From NCBI RefSeq assembly GCF_964213995.1, contig NC_135830.1, positions 11,346,001-11,410,000 of the forward strand: 64,000 nt of DNA, given 5' to 3'. The DNA comes from Mustelus asterias (Eukaryota). The notes under the pieces are model-generated. The model made no database searches, had not been told where the DNA came from, and worked only from the letters and a program-made list of their open reading frames with translations. Positions 25,655 through 37,679 of this stretch are shown piece after piece. The translations under genes and the position numbers were made by a program. How positions within the stretch are numbered: position 1 is the first letter of the stretch; every line of letters starts with the position of its first letter.

Positions 25655-26390
25655 AGGGAGAAACCGTGAAAATGTGGAGACTGTGAGGAGAGTTTCAGTT
25701 ACCCGTCAGAGCTGGAAGCTCATCGAGGATTCTTTGTTGATAGAGGTTTTCTACAAGCTACTCAGAGACTTGTCTTCTCTCTGGAAGTTTCAAGGCAGTC
25801 TATACTCATTATAGCAAATATATTTATAGTTGCTAACTATTTAAAGTGGGATTTACATTGATAAGAGGAATGTTGCTTATTTGGAACTGAAATTGTGATA
25901 AGTTAGAAATTAAAGTTCTTTCCTTTCACTTTTAAATATTATTCAACTGTTAATAGTCAAACTGTTTCATTTGTTGGAATTATATTTGAACTTTTATTTA
26001 AAAATGTTTATTTTACCATGAAAAATCCCTAATTTGTCAGTGGAATCATTCCTGGAGTGAAGCAACCTATCCTCACACTTATGCCAAAATAGAAAAATTG
26101 TTGGGGTCTACTCTGATTTTCTAATGTAATTTAGAGGTTCTGGTCCAGGACCCTAACAGAAAGGATTCACTCAATCATCCACACTGCAAACACTCTGGTT
26201 TCACACTGGGGAGAGACCTTACAAATGCCCAGACTGCAGGAACTGCTATAAAAGTTGTGGAGAACTGATGTCTCATCAGCGTATTCACACTGATGAGAGA
26301 CCATTCAGATGCTTTTACTGTGAGCCTGGGTTCAGGGGATCATCTCAACTCACTGTACCCCAGTGAGTTCACACTGGGGAGAGACCGGGT
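25655..26390 (+). pseudogene. Zinc-finger relics split by an unclassified (LTR-like) repeat at ~25735-26157
   Basis: Finger remnants at 25655-25730 and 26158-26390; inverted paralog at 37680-39130. Confidence 0.65.
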
Positions 26391-26439
26391 CCCGATGGAC
26401 TTAATCCTAGGATCTTACGTGCGGCTATTGAGATAATAG

Positions 26440-27310
26440 CAAAATTTTGATAATCTGAAATAAAAACAGAAAATTGGAAAAATTTGGCCTGGCAGCATCT
26501 GTGGAGAGAGAAACAGAGTTAATGTTCGAGTCCGAATGTCTGTTCTTTAGTTGAAGAGGGGTAGAAATGGTGAGTGAGATAGTGACACTGACATCAACTA
26601 TCAGCGCAGGATAGAAATTCAGAACAGACAATTCCACTTTCTCGGAACATTCTTTCCTCTCCTTCACCCAAACATGTGGTTCAATCAAACAAAAAGACCA
26701 AAATCGGCAACAAAGTACCAATAGAATCCCCCTCCCCAGGGCCACCTGGGCACAGGCAAGATCACAGAAAATCAGTCGGCAGCCAGAGTGACCCCTGCCT
26801 CCCCCTTCAGCCACACCCATCCTGGATCTACAGATTGCTGTTTTAACCAGGGTCTAGAGCAGGTCCAGGAGAAGATCCTCTCCCTCACCCACCCCCTCCA
26901 CACTACAGCCTTCTGGACTCAACATTCAGTCCAACAGTTACAGAGAGTGAACTCTCAGCCCGTTCTGTTTCTTTATCTTTGACTGTTTCATTTTTCTTTC
27001 TTTCAGTCGGAAGCCCCCCTACTCCAGACACAGCTTCTGTTTCTTTTGTTTCTTCTCTCGCTCCATCTCCATTCCCTTTGGCTCTTGGGGATTCACTTTT
27101 CTCTCATTCGATCTCTCCTGTCTTCCACCCTATCACAGACCTTCCTTTAGTCCCTGTCCCACCCACCCCTTTCTCCAAACCTGTTACATTTCTAACTTTT
27201 TCCAGTTCTGGTGAAAGGTCGCAGACTTGAAATGTTAACTCTGTTTCTCTCTCTGCACAGATGCTGCCTGACATATTGAGTTTTTTTCCAACATACCATT
27301 TGCCTTTTTT
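26440..27310. mobile_element. Penelope 3' end with pLTR (family 2); inverted pLTR piece at 26440-26550
   Basis: LQPSGLNIQ..N..R* GIY-YIG C-terminus at ~26905-26950, then ctggtgaaaggtcgcagacttgaaatgtta. Confidence 0.65.
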
Positions 27311-28640
27311 ACTGTCTTTTACACCTGCATGCTTACCTTCAGTGATGAGTGTACGAGGACACCCAGGTCTTGTTGCATATTTCCTCCTCCTACTTTATGG
27401 CTATTCAGATAGTAATCTGTCTTCCCGTTTTTGCTCCTAAAGTGGATGACCTCACATTTATCCAAATTATACTGCATCTGCCAATCATTTACCCACTCAC
27501 TCAACTTGTCAAATTACACTGAAGGATTGCTGCATCCTCCTCACAGCTCACCCTCCCACCTTGCTTTGTGTCATTAGCAAATTTGGAGATATTGCATTTA
27601 GTTCCCTCATTTAAATCAATAATATATACGTAGTAAATAGCTGGGGTCTCAGCTCTGATCCCTTCAGTACCCTATTAGTCACTTCCTGCCATTTGGAAAA
27701 AGACCCATTTATCCCTACTCTTTGTTTCCTGTCTGCCAACTAGTTTTCTATCCATCTCAATACACTGCACCAATCCTATGTGCTTTAATTTTACACGTTA
27801 ATCTTTTTTGACTTTGTCGGAATTCTTCTGAAAGTTTAAATAAACCACATCCACTGGCTCCCCCTCATCAACTCGACTAGTGATATCCTCAAAGAATTCT
27901 AATAGTTTTGTCAAGCACAATTTCCCTTTCTGTGCGATCCTGCCACTGTTTTTCAAGTGTTTTGCTATAAAATCCTTGAAAATTGATTCTTGAATATTCC
28001 CCACTAACAGTGTCAGCCTTACTGGTCTATAATTCCTTACTTTCTCCCTACCCTCCCTTTTTAAATAGTGGGGCTACATTAGCTATCCTCCAACCTGTAG
28101 GAACTGTTCCAGAGTTTATAGAATCTTGGAAGTTGACCACCAATTAATCTACTATTTCTCAGGCATCTTCCTCATGTACTCTGGGATGCAAATGATCAAG
28201 TCCTGAGGATTTATAGGCCTTTAATCCCATCAGTTTCCCCAACACAAATTGTCGACTAATACTGATCTCCTTCAGTTCCTTCCTCTCACTAAACCCTGTG
28301 TTCCCCAACATTTTTGTGTCCTCCTTTGTGAAGACAGAACCAAAGTATGTAGTCAGTTGGTCAGCCATTTCTTTGTTCTCCATTATAAATTCTCCTGTTT
28401 CTGACTGTAAATGACATTTGTCTTCATCAATCTTTCTCTCTTCATATACCAGTAGAAATTTTTACAGTCAGTTTTTATGTTCCCTGCAAGCTTACTCTCA
28501 TATTCCATTTTCCTCTTCTTAATCAATCCCTTGGTCCTCTGTTGCTGAATTCTAAACTGCTCCCAATCATCAGGTCTGTTGTTTTCCTTGGCCAAATTGT
28601 ATGTCTCTATCTTGGATCTAATGCTATCTCTAATTTCTCA
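27300..28640 (-). mobile_element. Decayed CR1 ORF2 fragment
   Basis: CLTKLLEFFEDITSRVDEGEPVDVVYLNFQK; WQMQYNLDKCEVIHF. Confidence 0.85.
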
Positions 28641-29430
28641 GAATTCTCTGTGTTGTGTCTCACTGCAAAATCCCTAATTTTCCACTTTGGGAAGTTCATC
28701 ACATGATGATATTTTGAGTCAGACCTGAAGCACTTGTTAATTGTTCCCCAGTCATTCCTGGGGTTCATTTGTTTATTAATGCTGTTCCAATCTGTCTTTT
28801 GTTGTGATATCCAGATCTGCTATAGCTGCTTTCACCCCCTACAAAACCTGTCAAAGTCTAACCATGTTTCATAACCATCCAGTAGATCATCTATCTTGTC
28901 AATCTCATCATTGAACCCAAACAGTAGATCCAAACCTTTATCAGTGTCCAACTGATGGACATCCAGCTCACAAAATACTTTGCTTCTGATTTTCCTTTTG
29001 CTGGGAAGTGACAATGCCAAGGCCAGACCTTGTTTCCCCCTTGGTAGGGATGTAACCAGTGTCCACATCTCCACTTTCATATGGTTCAGACTCTGAGAGC
29101 AGCAGCGGGTAATCTGACCCTGACAATTCCCACTCACTTTCAGCCATTTCTCACAAAAGCTGCTGGGATTGCAAAACTTCTGTCTGAAAAATATTTCCCT
29201 TTAGCTTCCAATCTCCACCATTAGAAAATATTCCCTCTGACCATGTTACAATCCTGACAGTCTTAAGGTGAAAGAAGAAGTTGGAGCCAACCTTTATTTG
29301 GTACAGATTTATTTAGAGTGAAACTTCACAGGTATTTCCCTCCTAACTTCACGCTATGTCAGTACATGTCTCTTTATTTGCATTCATAATCATCCAATCA
29401 ATGCCCTCAATTTGTATTTACTTAATCTCA
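28640..29430 (-). mobile_element. Copia (GalEa-like) LTR retrotransposon remnant: LTR plus gag
   Basis: VEMWTLVTSLPRGKQGLALALSLP...KVF.EL gag N-terminus; LTR end aggattgtaaca|tgg homologous to 48160-48250. Confidence 0.6.
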
Positions 29431-29554
29431 AATGATTTGTTATCCCCAAGAGTGGGAGCAGATAATAAGTCTAATCGGAGTGACTGCTGCGATGTCTCAA
29501 CAGAGGTTGAATCATTCAACGAATATGATTAACAGAAAAATCCCATCACAATAG

Positions 29555-30391
29555 TTACTTGTGAACTCGCTGGTGTGTCTGCAGAGTGGATGACTGAGTG
29601 AATCCCTTCCCACATGTGGAGCAGATGAAAGGTCTCTCTCCAGTGTGAACTCGCTGGTGTAACCGCAGGTTGGATGAGCGAGCAAAACCTTTCCCACAAA
29701 CGGAGCAAATGAATGGCCTCTCCCCAGTGTGAACTCTCTGGTGTTTCAGCAGATTGGCTGAATGAGCAAATCCCTTCCCACACTGGGAGCAGGTGAATGG
29801 TCTCTCTCCGGTGTGCCCTTCCTTGTGTATTGCTAGGTTGGATGACTGATTGAATCCCTTCCCACATACAGAGCAGGTGTATGGTCTTTCCCCAGTGTGA
29901 ATTCGCTGGTGCGTCCGCAATGTGTGAGAGTGAGCAAATCCCTTCCCACACTGGGAGCAGGTGAACGGCCTCTCCCCAGTGTGAACAGTCTGGTGTGTCA
30001 GCAAATTTGATGACCGACTGAATCCCTTCCCACATTGGGAGCAGGTGAACGGCTTCTCCTCAGTGTGAATTTGCTTGTGTAATGCAAGGTTGGATGACTG
30101 AGTGAATCCCTTCCCACACACAGAGCAGGTGAACGGTCTCTCTCCAGTGTGCATTCGCTGATGTTTCAGCAGATTGGATGAGTGAGCAAATCGCTTCCCA
30201 CACTGGGAGCAGGTGAATGGTCTCTCCCCAGTGTGAATTCGCTGGTGTTTTACTAGGGTGGATGGGTGAGCAAAACCCTTCCCACACTGGGAGCAGGTGA
30301 ATGGCCTCTCCCCAGTGTGACTGCGCCGATGAGTTTCCAGCAGGGATGGGTAATTGAATTCCTTCCCACAGTCTCTACATCTCCATGCCAT
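29555..30391 (-). CDS. ZNF-G: tandem C2H2 protein, 10 intact fingers
   Basis: gagATGg start (MAWRCRDC), 10 canonical fingers. Confidence 0.88.
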   Translation of the reverse strand: MAWRCRDCGKEFNYPSLLETHRRSHTGERPFTCSQCGKGFAHPSTLVKHQRIHTGERPFTCSQCGKRFAHSSNLLKHQRMHTGERPFTCSVCGKGFTQSSNLALHKQIHTEEKPFTCSQCGKGFSRSSNLLTHQTVHTGERPFTCSQCGKGFAHSHTLRTHQRIHTGERPYTCSVCGKGFNQSSNLAIHKEGHTGERPFTCSQCGKGFAHSANLLKHQRVHTGERPFICSVCGKGFARSSNLRLHQRVHTGERPFICSTCGKGFTQSSTLQTHQRVHK

Positions 30392-30754
30392 CTCCCTGTT
30401 GTGACTGCAATTGTGCTCCGAAAGGCCAGATGATTGGTTGAAGTCTTGTCCACACAGAGAACATATATGTATAGTTTCTCTCCACTGTGAACGGTGCTAT
30501 TTTCTTCCACGTTCAAAATACAATGATATTCAGGTTACAATAAATTGGCCAATTCCATCAGGTTCTGATACATTGTTTGAATCCTCATCTTCTAAAACCC
30601 TGTGAAATTGATTAAAACAGAAAGAAGAGAGTCAGGGAACCCACAAAAATACAATGGTTGTGAAATTGAGCTGAATTAATCTGGGGCCAGCACTCGGAAA
30701 AAGTGACCATGAAAGCTTTTGGATTGTCATGAAAAACCCAACTGATTCACTAAG

Positions 30755-30978
30755 ATCAAAGCAAAATACTGCGGATGCTGGAATCTGAAACAAAAACAGA
30801 AAATGCTGGAGAAACTCAGCAGGTCTGACAGCATCTGTAGAGAATGGGGCCAACGTTCTGAGTCTGGAAGACCCATTGTCGACAAGTGTCATCCAGACTC
30901 AAAACATTGGCTCTATTCTCTCTCCACAGACACTATCAGACCTGCTGAGTTTCTCCAGCATTTTCTGTTTTTGTTCCA
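30755..30978. mobile_element. Penelope pLTR inverted pair (family 2) in the ZNF-G intron
   Basis: aaaacagaaaatgctggagaaactcagcaggtctga ... tcagacctgctgagtttctccagcattttctgtttt. Confidence 0.75.
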
Positions 30979-31496
30979 ACTGATTCACTAATGTCCTTCA
31001 CGAAAAGAAACTTGTCACCCGGGCTGGGTCTACACAAGACTCTGGGCACTGTGGGAGGAGACAGAGAGAAGTAGGAGAGGCCAGGGGTGAAGGAGAGGGA
31101 TTTTATACATCAACAACTCAATGAGAACTTTGACAGAATCTCGCAAACCCTCAACCTCCATCATTAAGAAGGACTAAGATAGCAGGTAGACGTGAACACC
31201 ATCACCTCCAAGTTCCCCTCCAACTCACACACCATCCTGACTTGTCTGATGTCCAGGACTAAGATAATTATTTTCCAAATCAATACTGGGAAGTCTGAAC
31301 CCATTGTCTTCAGTCCCCACTACAAACTCCACTCCCTCACCAGCAACTCTATCCCTCTTCCTGGGAACTGTCTGAGGCTGAACCAGGCTGTTCACAATCC
31401 TGGTGAAACAGTTCATTTTAAGATGAGGTTCCAGCCACATATCCACATCATCATCAAGACCGCCTACTTCCACCTCAGTGACATCGCCCGACTCAG

Positions 31497-32332
31497 TGGC
31501 AGGTTACAGAGGGACATAGATAAGCTGCAGAGCTGGGCTCTGGAGTTTAATGCGGAAAAGTGTGAGGTGATTCACTTTGGAAGGAGTAACAGGAATACAG
31601 AGTACTGGGCTAATGGTAAGATATTTGGTAGTGTGGATGAACAGAGGGATCTGGGTGTCCATGTGCATAGATCCCTGAATGTTGGCACCCAGGTTGATAG
31701 GGTTGTTAAGAAGGCATACGGTCTGTCAGCTTTTATTGGTAGAGGGATTGAGTTTCGGAGCCAGGAGGTCATGCTGCAACTGTACAAAACTCTGGTGCGG
31801 CCGCATTTGGAGTATTGCGTACAGTTCTGGTCGCCGTATTATAGGAAAGATGTGGAAGTGTTGGAAAGGGTGCAGAGGAGATTTACCAGGATGTTGCCTG
31901 GTATGGTGGGAAAATCGTATGAGGAAAGGCTGAGGGGCTTGAGGTTGTTTTCGTTAGAGAGAAGAAGGTTAAGAGGTGACTTAATAGAGGCATACAAGAT
32001 GATCAGAGGATTAGATAGGGTGGATAGTGAGAGCCTTTTTCCTCAGATGGTGTTGGCTAGCACGAGGGGACATAGCTTTAAATTGAGGGGTGAGAGATAC
32101 AGGACAGATGTTAGAGGTAGGTTCTTTACTCAGAGAGTAGTAAGGGTGTGGAATGCCCTGCCTGCAGCAGTGGTGGACTCGTCAACGTTGAGAGCGTTCA
32201 AGTGGTTATTGGATAAACATATGGATAATATTGGAATAGTGTAGATTAGAGGGGCTTTAGATTGGTACCACTGGTCGGCGCAACATCGAGGGACGAAGGG
32301 CCTGTACTGCATTGTAATGGTCTATGTTCTAT
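31497..32332 (+). mobile_element. Young CR1 3' fragment
   Basis: RLQRDIDKLQSW...RPHLEYCVQFWSP...; tail tctatgttctatg. Confidence 0.9.
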
Positions 32333-32403
32333 GACTCCGCCCCAGTCTCAGCTTATCTGGAACCCTCATCCATTCTATTGTGACGTCACACTCACTCTCC
32401 ATT

Positions 32404-32713
32404 GAACAAAGAACAAAGAACAGTACAGCACAGGAAACAGGCCCTTCGGCCCTCCAAGCCTGTGCCGCCCCTTGGTCCAACTAGACCAATCGTTTGTATC
32501 CCTCCATTCCCAGGCTGCCCATGTGACAATCCAGGTAAGTCTTAAACGATGTCAGCGTGCCTGCCTCCACCACCCTACTTGGCAGCGCATTCCAGGCCCC
32601 CACCACCCTCTGTGTAAAAAACGTCCCTCTGATGTCTGAGTTATACTTCGCCCCTCTCAGCTTGAGCCCGTGACCCCTCGTGATCGTCACCTCCGACCTG
32701 GGAAAAAGCTTCT
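32404..32713 (-). mobile_element. CR1 3' fragment
   Basis: TRGHGLKL..FFTQRVVGAWNALP; (ttctttg)n tail. Confidence 0.85.
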
Positions 32714-32732
32714 CACCATTGTGACGCATAAT

Positions 32733-33076
32733 GGGCAGCACGGTAGCACAGTGGTTAGCACTGCTGCTTCACAGCTCCAGGGTCCTGGGTTCGATTCCCG
32801 GCTCGGGTCACTGTCTGTGTGGAGTTTGCACATTCTCCTCGTGTCTGCGTGGGTTTCCTCCGGGTGCTCCGGTTTCCTCCCACAGTCCAAAGATGTGCGG
32901 GTTAGGTTGATTGGCCAGGTTAAAAAAAAATTGCCCCTTAGAGTCCAGGGATGCGTCGGTTGGAGGGATTAGCGGGTAAATATGTGGGGGTAGGGCCTGG
33001 GTGGGATTGTGGTCGGTGCAGACTCGATGGGCCGAATGGCCTTCTTCTGCACTGTAGGGTTTCTATGATTTCTATG
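32733..33076 (+). mobile_element. HE1 SINE
   Basis: Full-length head, V-domain and tail. Confidence 0.9.
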
Positions 33077-33089
33077 AACTGTCATGAAT

Positions 33090-33700
33090 TCTATTGTGAC
33101 GTCAGGACTTCACTCCCTGCCGGCCTTCCACACTCAGCCTCAATGGCGGCAGGCAGCCCAGGCCCAACACGACAAGTTGCGGCTCCATTTGGCACAAACG
33201 GGGGGGAACCGGGAAGTTCATTTCCGGGGTTTGCCTGTGAACATGTTTAGAAAGCTCTTCACCCACACGCCATGTTCATCGCTCCCCGCGCGCCGCCCTC
33301 TACCTGGTATTGATCTTGGTTCCGACTTAAAACCGTCCGTCCATCGCCATTACCCGCACTGCGCATGCTTCAGATCCCGCCCCTCATTCATTCTGATTGG
33401 TTGGAGGACCAGCCGCTCCCGCTCGGTCCTCCAGCCCCGCCCCCTCTTCCTATTGGTCCGGAGCTGCCGTCAATCAGCCCCCGGGCATTGTGATGTGGAG
33501 CATGCGCAGTGTCATTGCTGTCCTTGGCGCTTGTTTGCCCCGGAGAAGCGGAGTCAGCGTTAGGCGGTGGCTGGGAGGATTTGGAAACACTTTGTGGATC
33601 CGCAAACCCTTCAGAATCATTGTCAGCTCCCTGGTTTGCAGCTGCGGGGCTTCTCCCTCCCTCCCTCCCGGGAACAGGCCCAGGTTAACGGCCCCATCCT
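33090..33700. promoter_or_regulatory. Bidirectional promoter (module A) between ZNF-G and ZNF-H
   Basis: Homologous to 10228-10440 and 56010-56430; NRF1-like sites at both ends, CCAAT, GC boxes, 9-bp inverted repeat, CRE. Confidence 0.72.
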
Positions 33701-33930
33701 GGCTCAGCCACTGGAGGATGGTTCACATCAGAGGATGGGGGAGGGGGACAATAAATAAGAGGTTACACTTTGGCCTCAAATCAATGAGGACTCTGATCTC
33801 TGGGAAGGAAGGAAACCCTGGGAGGTGGGCGGGGAGGATTCACAAACACCCGCTGGAGGCCCCAACACCCCCAGTAAGACCCATTGGTTTTATTGTCAGT
33901 CTGCAGACAGGAGCTGGAGAACTGAACCCA

Positions 33931-34069
33931 TGATGTGGAGATGCCGGCGTTGGTCTGGGTAAACACAGTAAGAGTTCTAACAACACCAGGTTAAAATCCA
34001 ACAGGTTTATTTGGTAGCAAATGCCATTAGCTTTTGGAGCGCTGCTCCTTCATCAGTTGGAGTGGATAT
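33931..34069 (-). mobile_element. Penelope pLTR (family 1 variant)
   Basis: tgatgtggagatgccggcgttgg end; imperfect TSD ctgaaccca/ctgcaccca; ctgatgaaggagcagcgctcc on the - strand. Confidence 0.75.
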
Positions 34070-34655
34070 CTGCACCCAGACAGAGGAGAGGGAGGGAGAA
34101 AACTGGGAGTGGAGGAAAGAAATGGTAAGATGGGTTTGGATTTCAGCCCTGGGAGGAGGGAGAGTGTGTGGGACGGGGATTTACTGATTTGGGGGAACAA
34201 AAGAGGAAAAAATGTTCCAGAGAAACTCGAATTATCTTTTCAGAACTTCTATCCCAGACTTAGTTATCATTTTCCTAAATTTCTTTTGCAGGGTGTTAGA
34301 AGGGGAGAATTTGCAGATTAAAAAGTACAAAAGCAAACATCACATCAATATTTAACAGAATCACCCGATTCACCAGGATTTGAATATCATCAACCTTACA
34401 CTGTGGAAGGAGGAGAATGTCTGTTCTGTCTGTGGGAAAAGATTTCAAACATCACTGTGACTGGAAAAGCACCGAGACACACACACCCGAATGAGAGTGT
34501 TCCAGTGAACTGACTGTGGAAAGCGCTTCAACCAGTTACACAGCCTGATAAAACATCACACTATTCACAGCGAGGAGAAACTGTACATGTGTTCTGTGTG
34601 CGGACGAAGCTTCAACTGATCGTGCAACCTGGAGAGACACAAGGACACCAGCACC

Positions 34656-35594
34656 ATGGAGAAACCGTGGAAATGTGGGGACTGTGGGAAGGGATTTAAT
34701 TATCCATCCCGGCTGGAATATCATCGATGCACTCACACTGGAGCCAACATCACACACAGGCCACTGAAATGTGGGGACTGTGGTAAAGTGATCAGATCCC
34801 CATCAGATCTGGAAACTCATCGACGCGGTCACATTGGCGAGAGACCATTCACTTGCTTCAAGTGTGGGAAGGGATTTGCCCAGACATCCACTCTGCTGAG
34901 ACACCAGCGAGTTCACACTGGGGCGAGGCCGTTCACCTGCTCCCAATGTGGCATGGGATTCACTCAGTCATCTCACCTCACTGTACATCAGCAAGTTCAC
35001 ACTGGGGAGAGACCATTTAGCTGCTCTGTGTGTGGGAAGGGATTCACCAGTTTAACTAATCTCACATCTCATCAGCTTGTTCACACTGATAAGAGACCTT
35101 TTAAATGTTCGGACTGTGATAAGAGCTTCAAAAGCACAAGGAATCTACAGAGACACCAATACATTCACTCTAGTCAGAGCCCATTCTCCTGTTCTGTGTG
35201 CGGTAAGGGATTCACTCGGTCATTCAGTCTCCTACGACACCAGCGAGTTCATACCGAGGAGATACCGTTCCCTTGCAGTAAATGTGGAAAGCGATTCAGT
35301 CGGTCGTGCAGCTTGCAGAGACATCAACAAATTCACTCTGCGGAGAACCCATTCATCTGTTTCATCTGTGGTAAGGGATTCACTCAGTCAGCTCTCCTTC
35401 TGAGACACCAGCGTGTTCACTCTACAGAGAGGCCTTTCATCTGCTCTGAGTGTGGGATAGGATTCATTCAGTCATTCCAACTGCTGAGACACCAGCGAAT
35501 TCACACTGGAGAGAGGCCATTCATCTGCTCCCAGTGTGGGAAGGGATTTACTCAGTCCTATCACCTACTGAGACACCAGCGAGTTCACGAGTGA
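34656..35594 (+). CDS. ZNF-H: tandem C2H2 protein, 11 fingers
   Basis: accATGg start, 11 fingers, long linker HTGANITHRPLKC after finger 1; acceptor ttttgcag ending at 34291. Confidence 0.9.
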   Translation: MEKPWKCGDCGKGFNYPSRLEYHRCTHTGANITHRPLKCGDCGKVIRSPSDLETHRRGHIGERPFTCFKCGKGFAQTSTLLRHQRVHTGARPFTCSQCGMGFTQSSHLTVHQQVHTGERPFSCSVCGKGFTSLTNLTSHQLVHTDKRPFKCSDCDKSFKSTRNLQRHQYIHSSQSPFSCSVCGKGFTRSFSLLRHQRVHTEEIPFPCSKCGKRFSRSCSLQRHQQIHSAENPFICFICGKGFTQSALLLRHQRVHSTERPFICSECGIGFIQSFQLLRHQRIHTGERPFICSQCGKGFTQSYHLLRHQRVHE

Positions 35595-35859
35595 CTGCAG
35601 AGTTGGAATCTGCTATTATTGCTCCTGTTAATCACATCCGGGACTGGACTATTTTCATTCTGACAGGGCTCATTCTTTTCATGATGTTAATAATTCCTGT
35701 GACTGCACTGGAGTTTAATATTTTCTTGTAGTGTTAAGTCTAACAGCATTTTGACACTGTGTGTTGGGTAAAAGTTTAAAGTTTCAAAGTTTATTTATTG
35801 TTGATTTCCCCAAGATAAGAGACAAATTGATGTCCTTGTTGTGATATGAAGTTGAGGAA

Positions 35860-37355
35860 ATATACATACGAACAAGTAACCAGGATGTAAAGCAGCAAGT
35901 GACTGAAGTGTTAGTCGGGAGCACTTTGGGATCAATGACCATAATTCGATTAGTTTTAACAATGTTATGGAAAAGGATAGGTCTGGTCCACAAGTTAAAG
36001 TTCTAAATTGGGGCTTGGCCAATTTTGATGGTATTGTACAGGAACTTTCACAAGCTGATTGGGGAAGGCTGTTCACAGGTCAAGGAACGTCTGGAATGTG
36101 GGATGCTTTCAGAAGCGAGATAGCGAGAGTTCAGGGCCAGCACCTTCCTGTTACTGTAAAGGACAAAGCTGGCAGGAGAAGGAAACACTCGATGACGAGA
36201 GATACTGAGATTCTGGTCAATAAAAAGAAGGAAGCATATGTCAGGTACCGGCAGCTGGGGCCAAGTGAATCCCTTGAGGAGTATCGGGAGTGCAGAAGTC
36301 CACTTAAAATGGAAATCAGGAGGACAAAAAGGGAACAGGAGATAGCTTTGGCAGATAAGGTAAAAGAAAATCCAAAGAGATTCTACAAGTATATTAAGGG
36401 CAAAAGAGTAACGAGGGAGAGAATCGGCCCCTTAAAGATCAACAAGGTCATTTATGTGTGAAGCCACCGGAGATGGGTGAGATCCTAATGGAATATTTCT
36501 CATCAGTATTTACCCTGGAGAAAGACATGAAAACTTGGGAATTCAGGGATGTAAATAGTGATGTCTTCAATGGCGCCCACATTACAGAAGACAAGGTGCT
36601 GGAAGTTTTAAAACGCATAAAGGTAGATAAATCTCAAGGACCTGATCAAGTGCATCCCAGGACATTGTGGGAGGCTGGGGAAAACATTGTGGCGCCCCCT
36701 AGCGTATATATTTGTATCATCAACAACCACGGGTGAGGTGCCAGAAGACTGGAGAGAGGTAAATGTTACACTTATTTGAGAAAGGCAGCAGGGAAAAGCC
36801 AGGGAACTACAGACCGGTGAACCTAACGTCAGTGGTGGGTAAGTTGTTGGACGGTAGTCTGAGAGACAGGACCTACATGTATTTGGAAAGACAAAGGCTG
36901 ATTACAGATTGTCAGCATAGCTTTGTACATGGGCGATTGTGTCTTAAAAATTTAACAGAGCTTTTTGAAAGGGTGACCAAAAAAAAATAGATGAGGACGG
37001 TGCAGTAGATGTTGTCTACATGGACTTCAGCAAGGCCTTCGACAAGGTATCCATGGTAGACTGGCCAGTTAAGGGTAGATTCCATGGGATCCATGGAGAA
37101 CTAGCCAGACTTATAAATGGTCCTACCTTGCACTAAGCTGATCTTTCTCTACATCCTAGCTATGACTAACACTACATTCTGCACTCTCTCGTTTCCTTCT
37201 CTATGAATGGTATACTTTGTACAATGTGCAAGAAACAACACTTTTCACTGCATACTAATACATGTTACAACAATAAATCAAATCAAAAATTGGATACAAA
37301 ATTGGCTTGCTGTAGGAGACAGAGGGTGGTGGTAGAGGGTTGCTTTTCAAACTGG
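35860..37355 (+). mobile_element. Decayed CR1 ORF2 fragment with nested Rex1-type 3' UTR (~37110-37290)
   Basis: KENPKRFYKYIK, PGNYRPVNLTSVVGK, DFSKAFDKV. Confidence 0.85.
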
Positions 37356-37679
37356 AATTAGAGCTGGAGATGGATGGTCAGTTCCCCTCTGTCCGGGGCT
37401 GGGGGATTCACACTCATTACCCCAGGGCACTCATTCTCACTGCAATTTTACAGGAGAAAGTCCCCACTTCAATCCTGCCTGCAAACTTTGTGTTTAAAAT
37501 TGTTACTGAGGAGGAATTAACAGTGAGATTAGTTTCATGTTGAATAGGATGAGAGTTACTGTTGTCTCCTTAAAACTCCTTCTTCATCTTTAAACAGGTA
37601 ACGGTAAGTCAGAGAAAACTATCCACAGTGACCCCAAAACTAGATACTGCAAATCTGACCTCAAAACAGTGAATATCTT

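Noticed and set aside
31192-32244. 350-aa ORF
   Set aside because: Chance in-frame join of old LINE remnants and a young CR1 3' fragment, with a GTG start
33084-33933. GC-rich ORFs over promoters as N-terminal effector exons (also 10113-10990, 55774-56630)
   Set aside because: Not frame-conserved between the three module-A copies, and they could not join the finger ORFs past the leader stops
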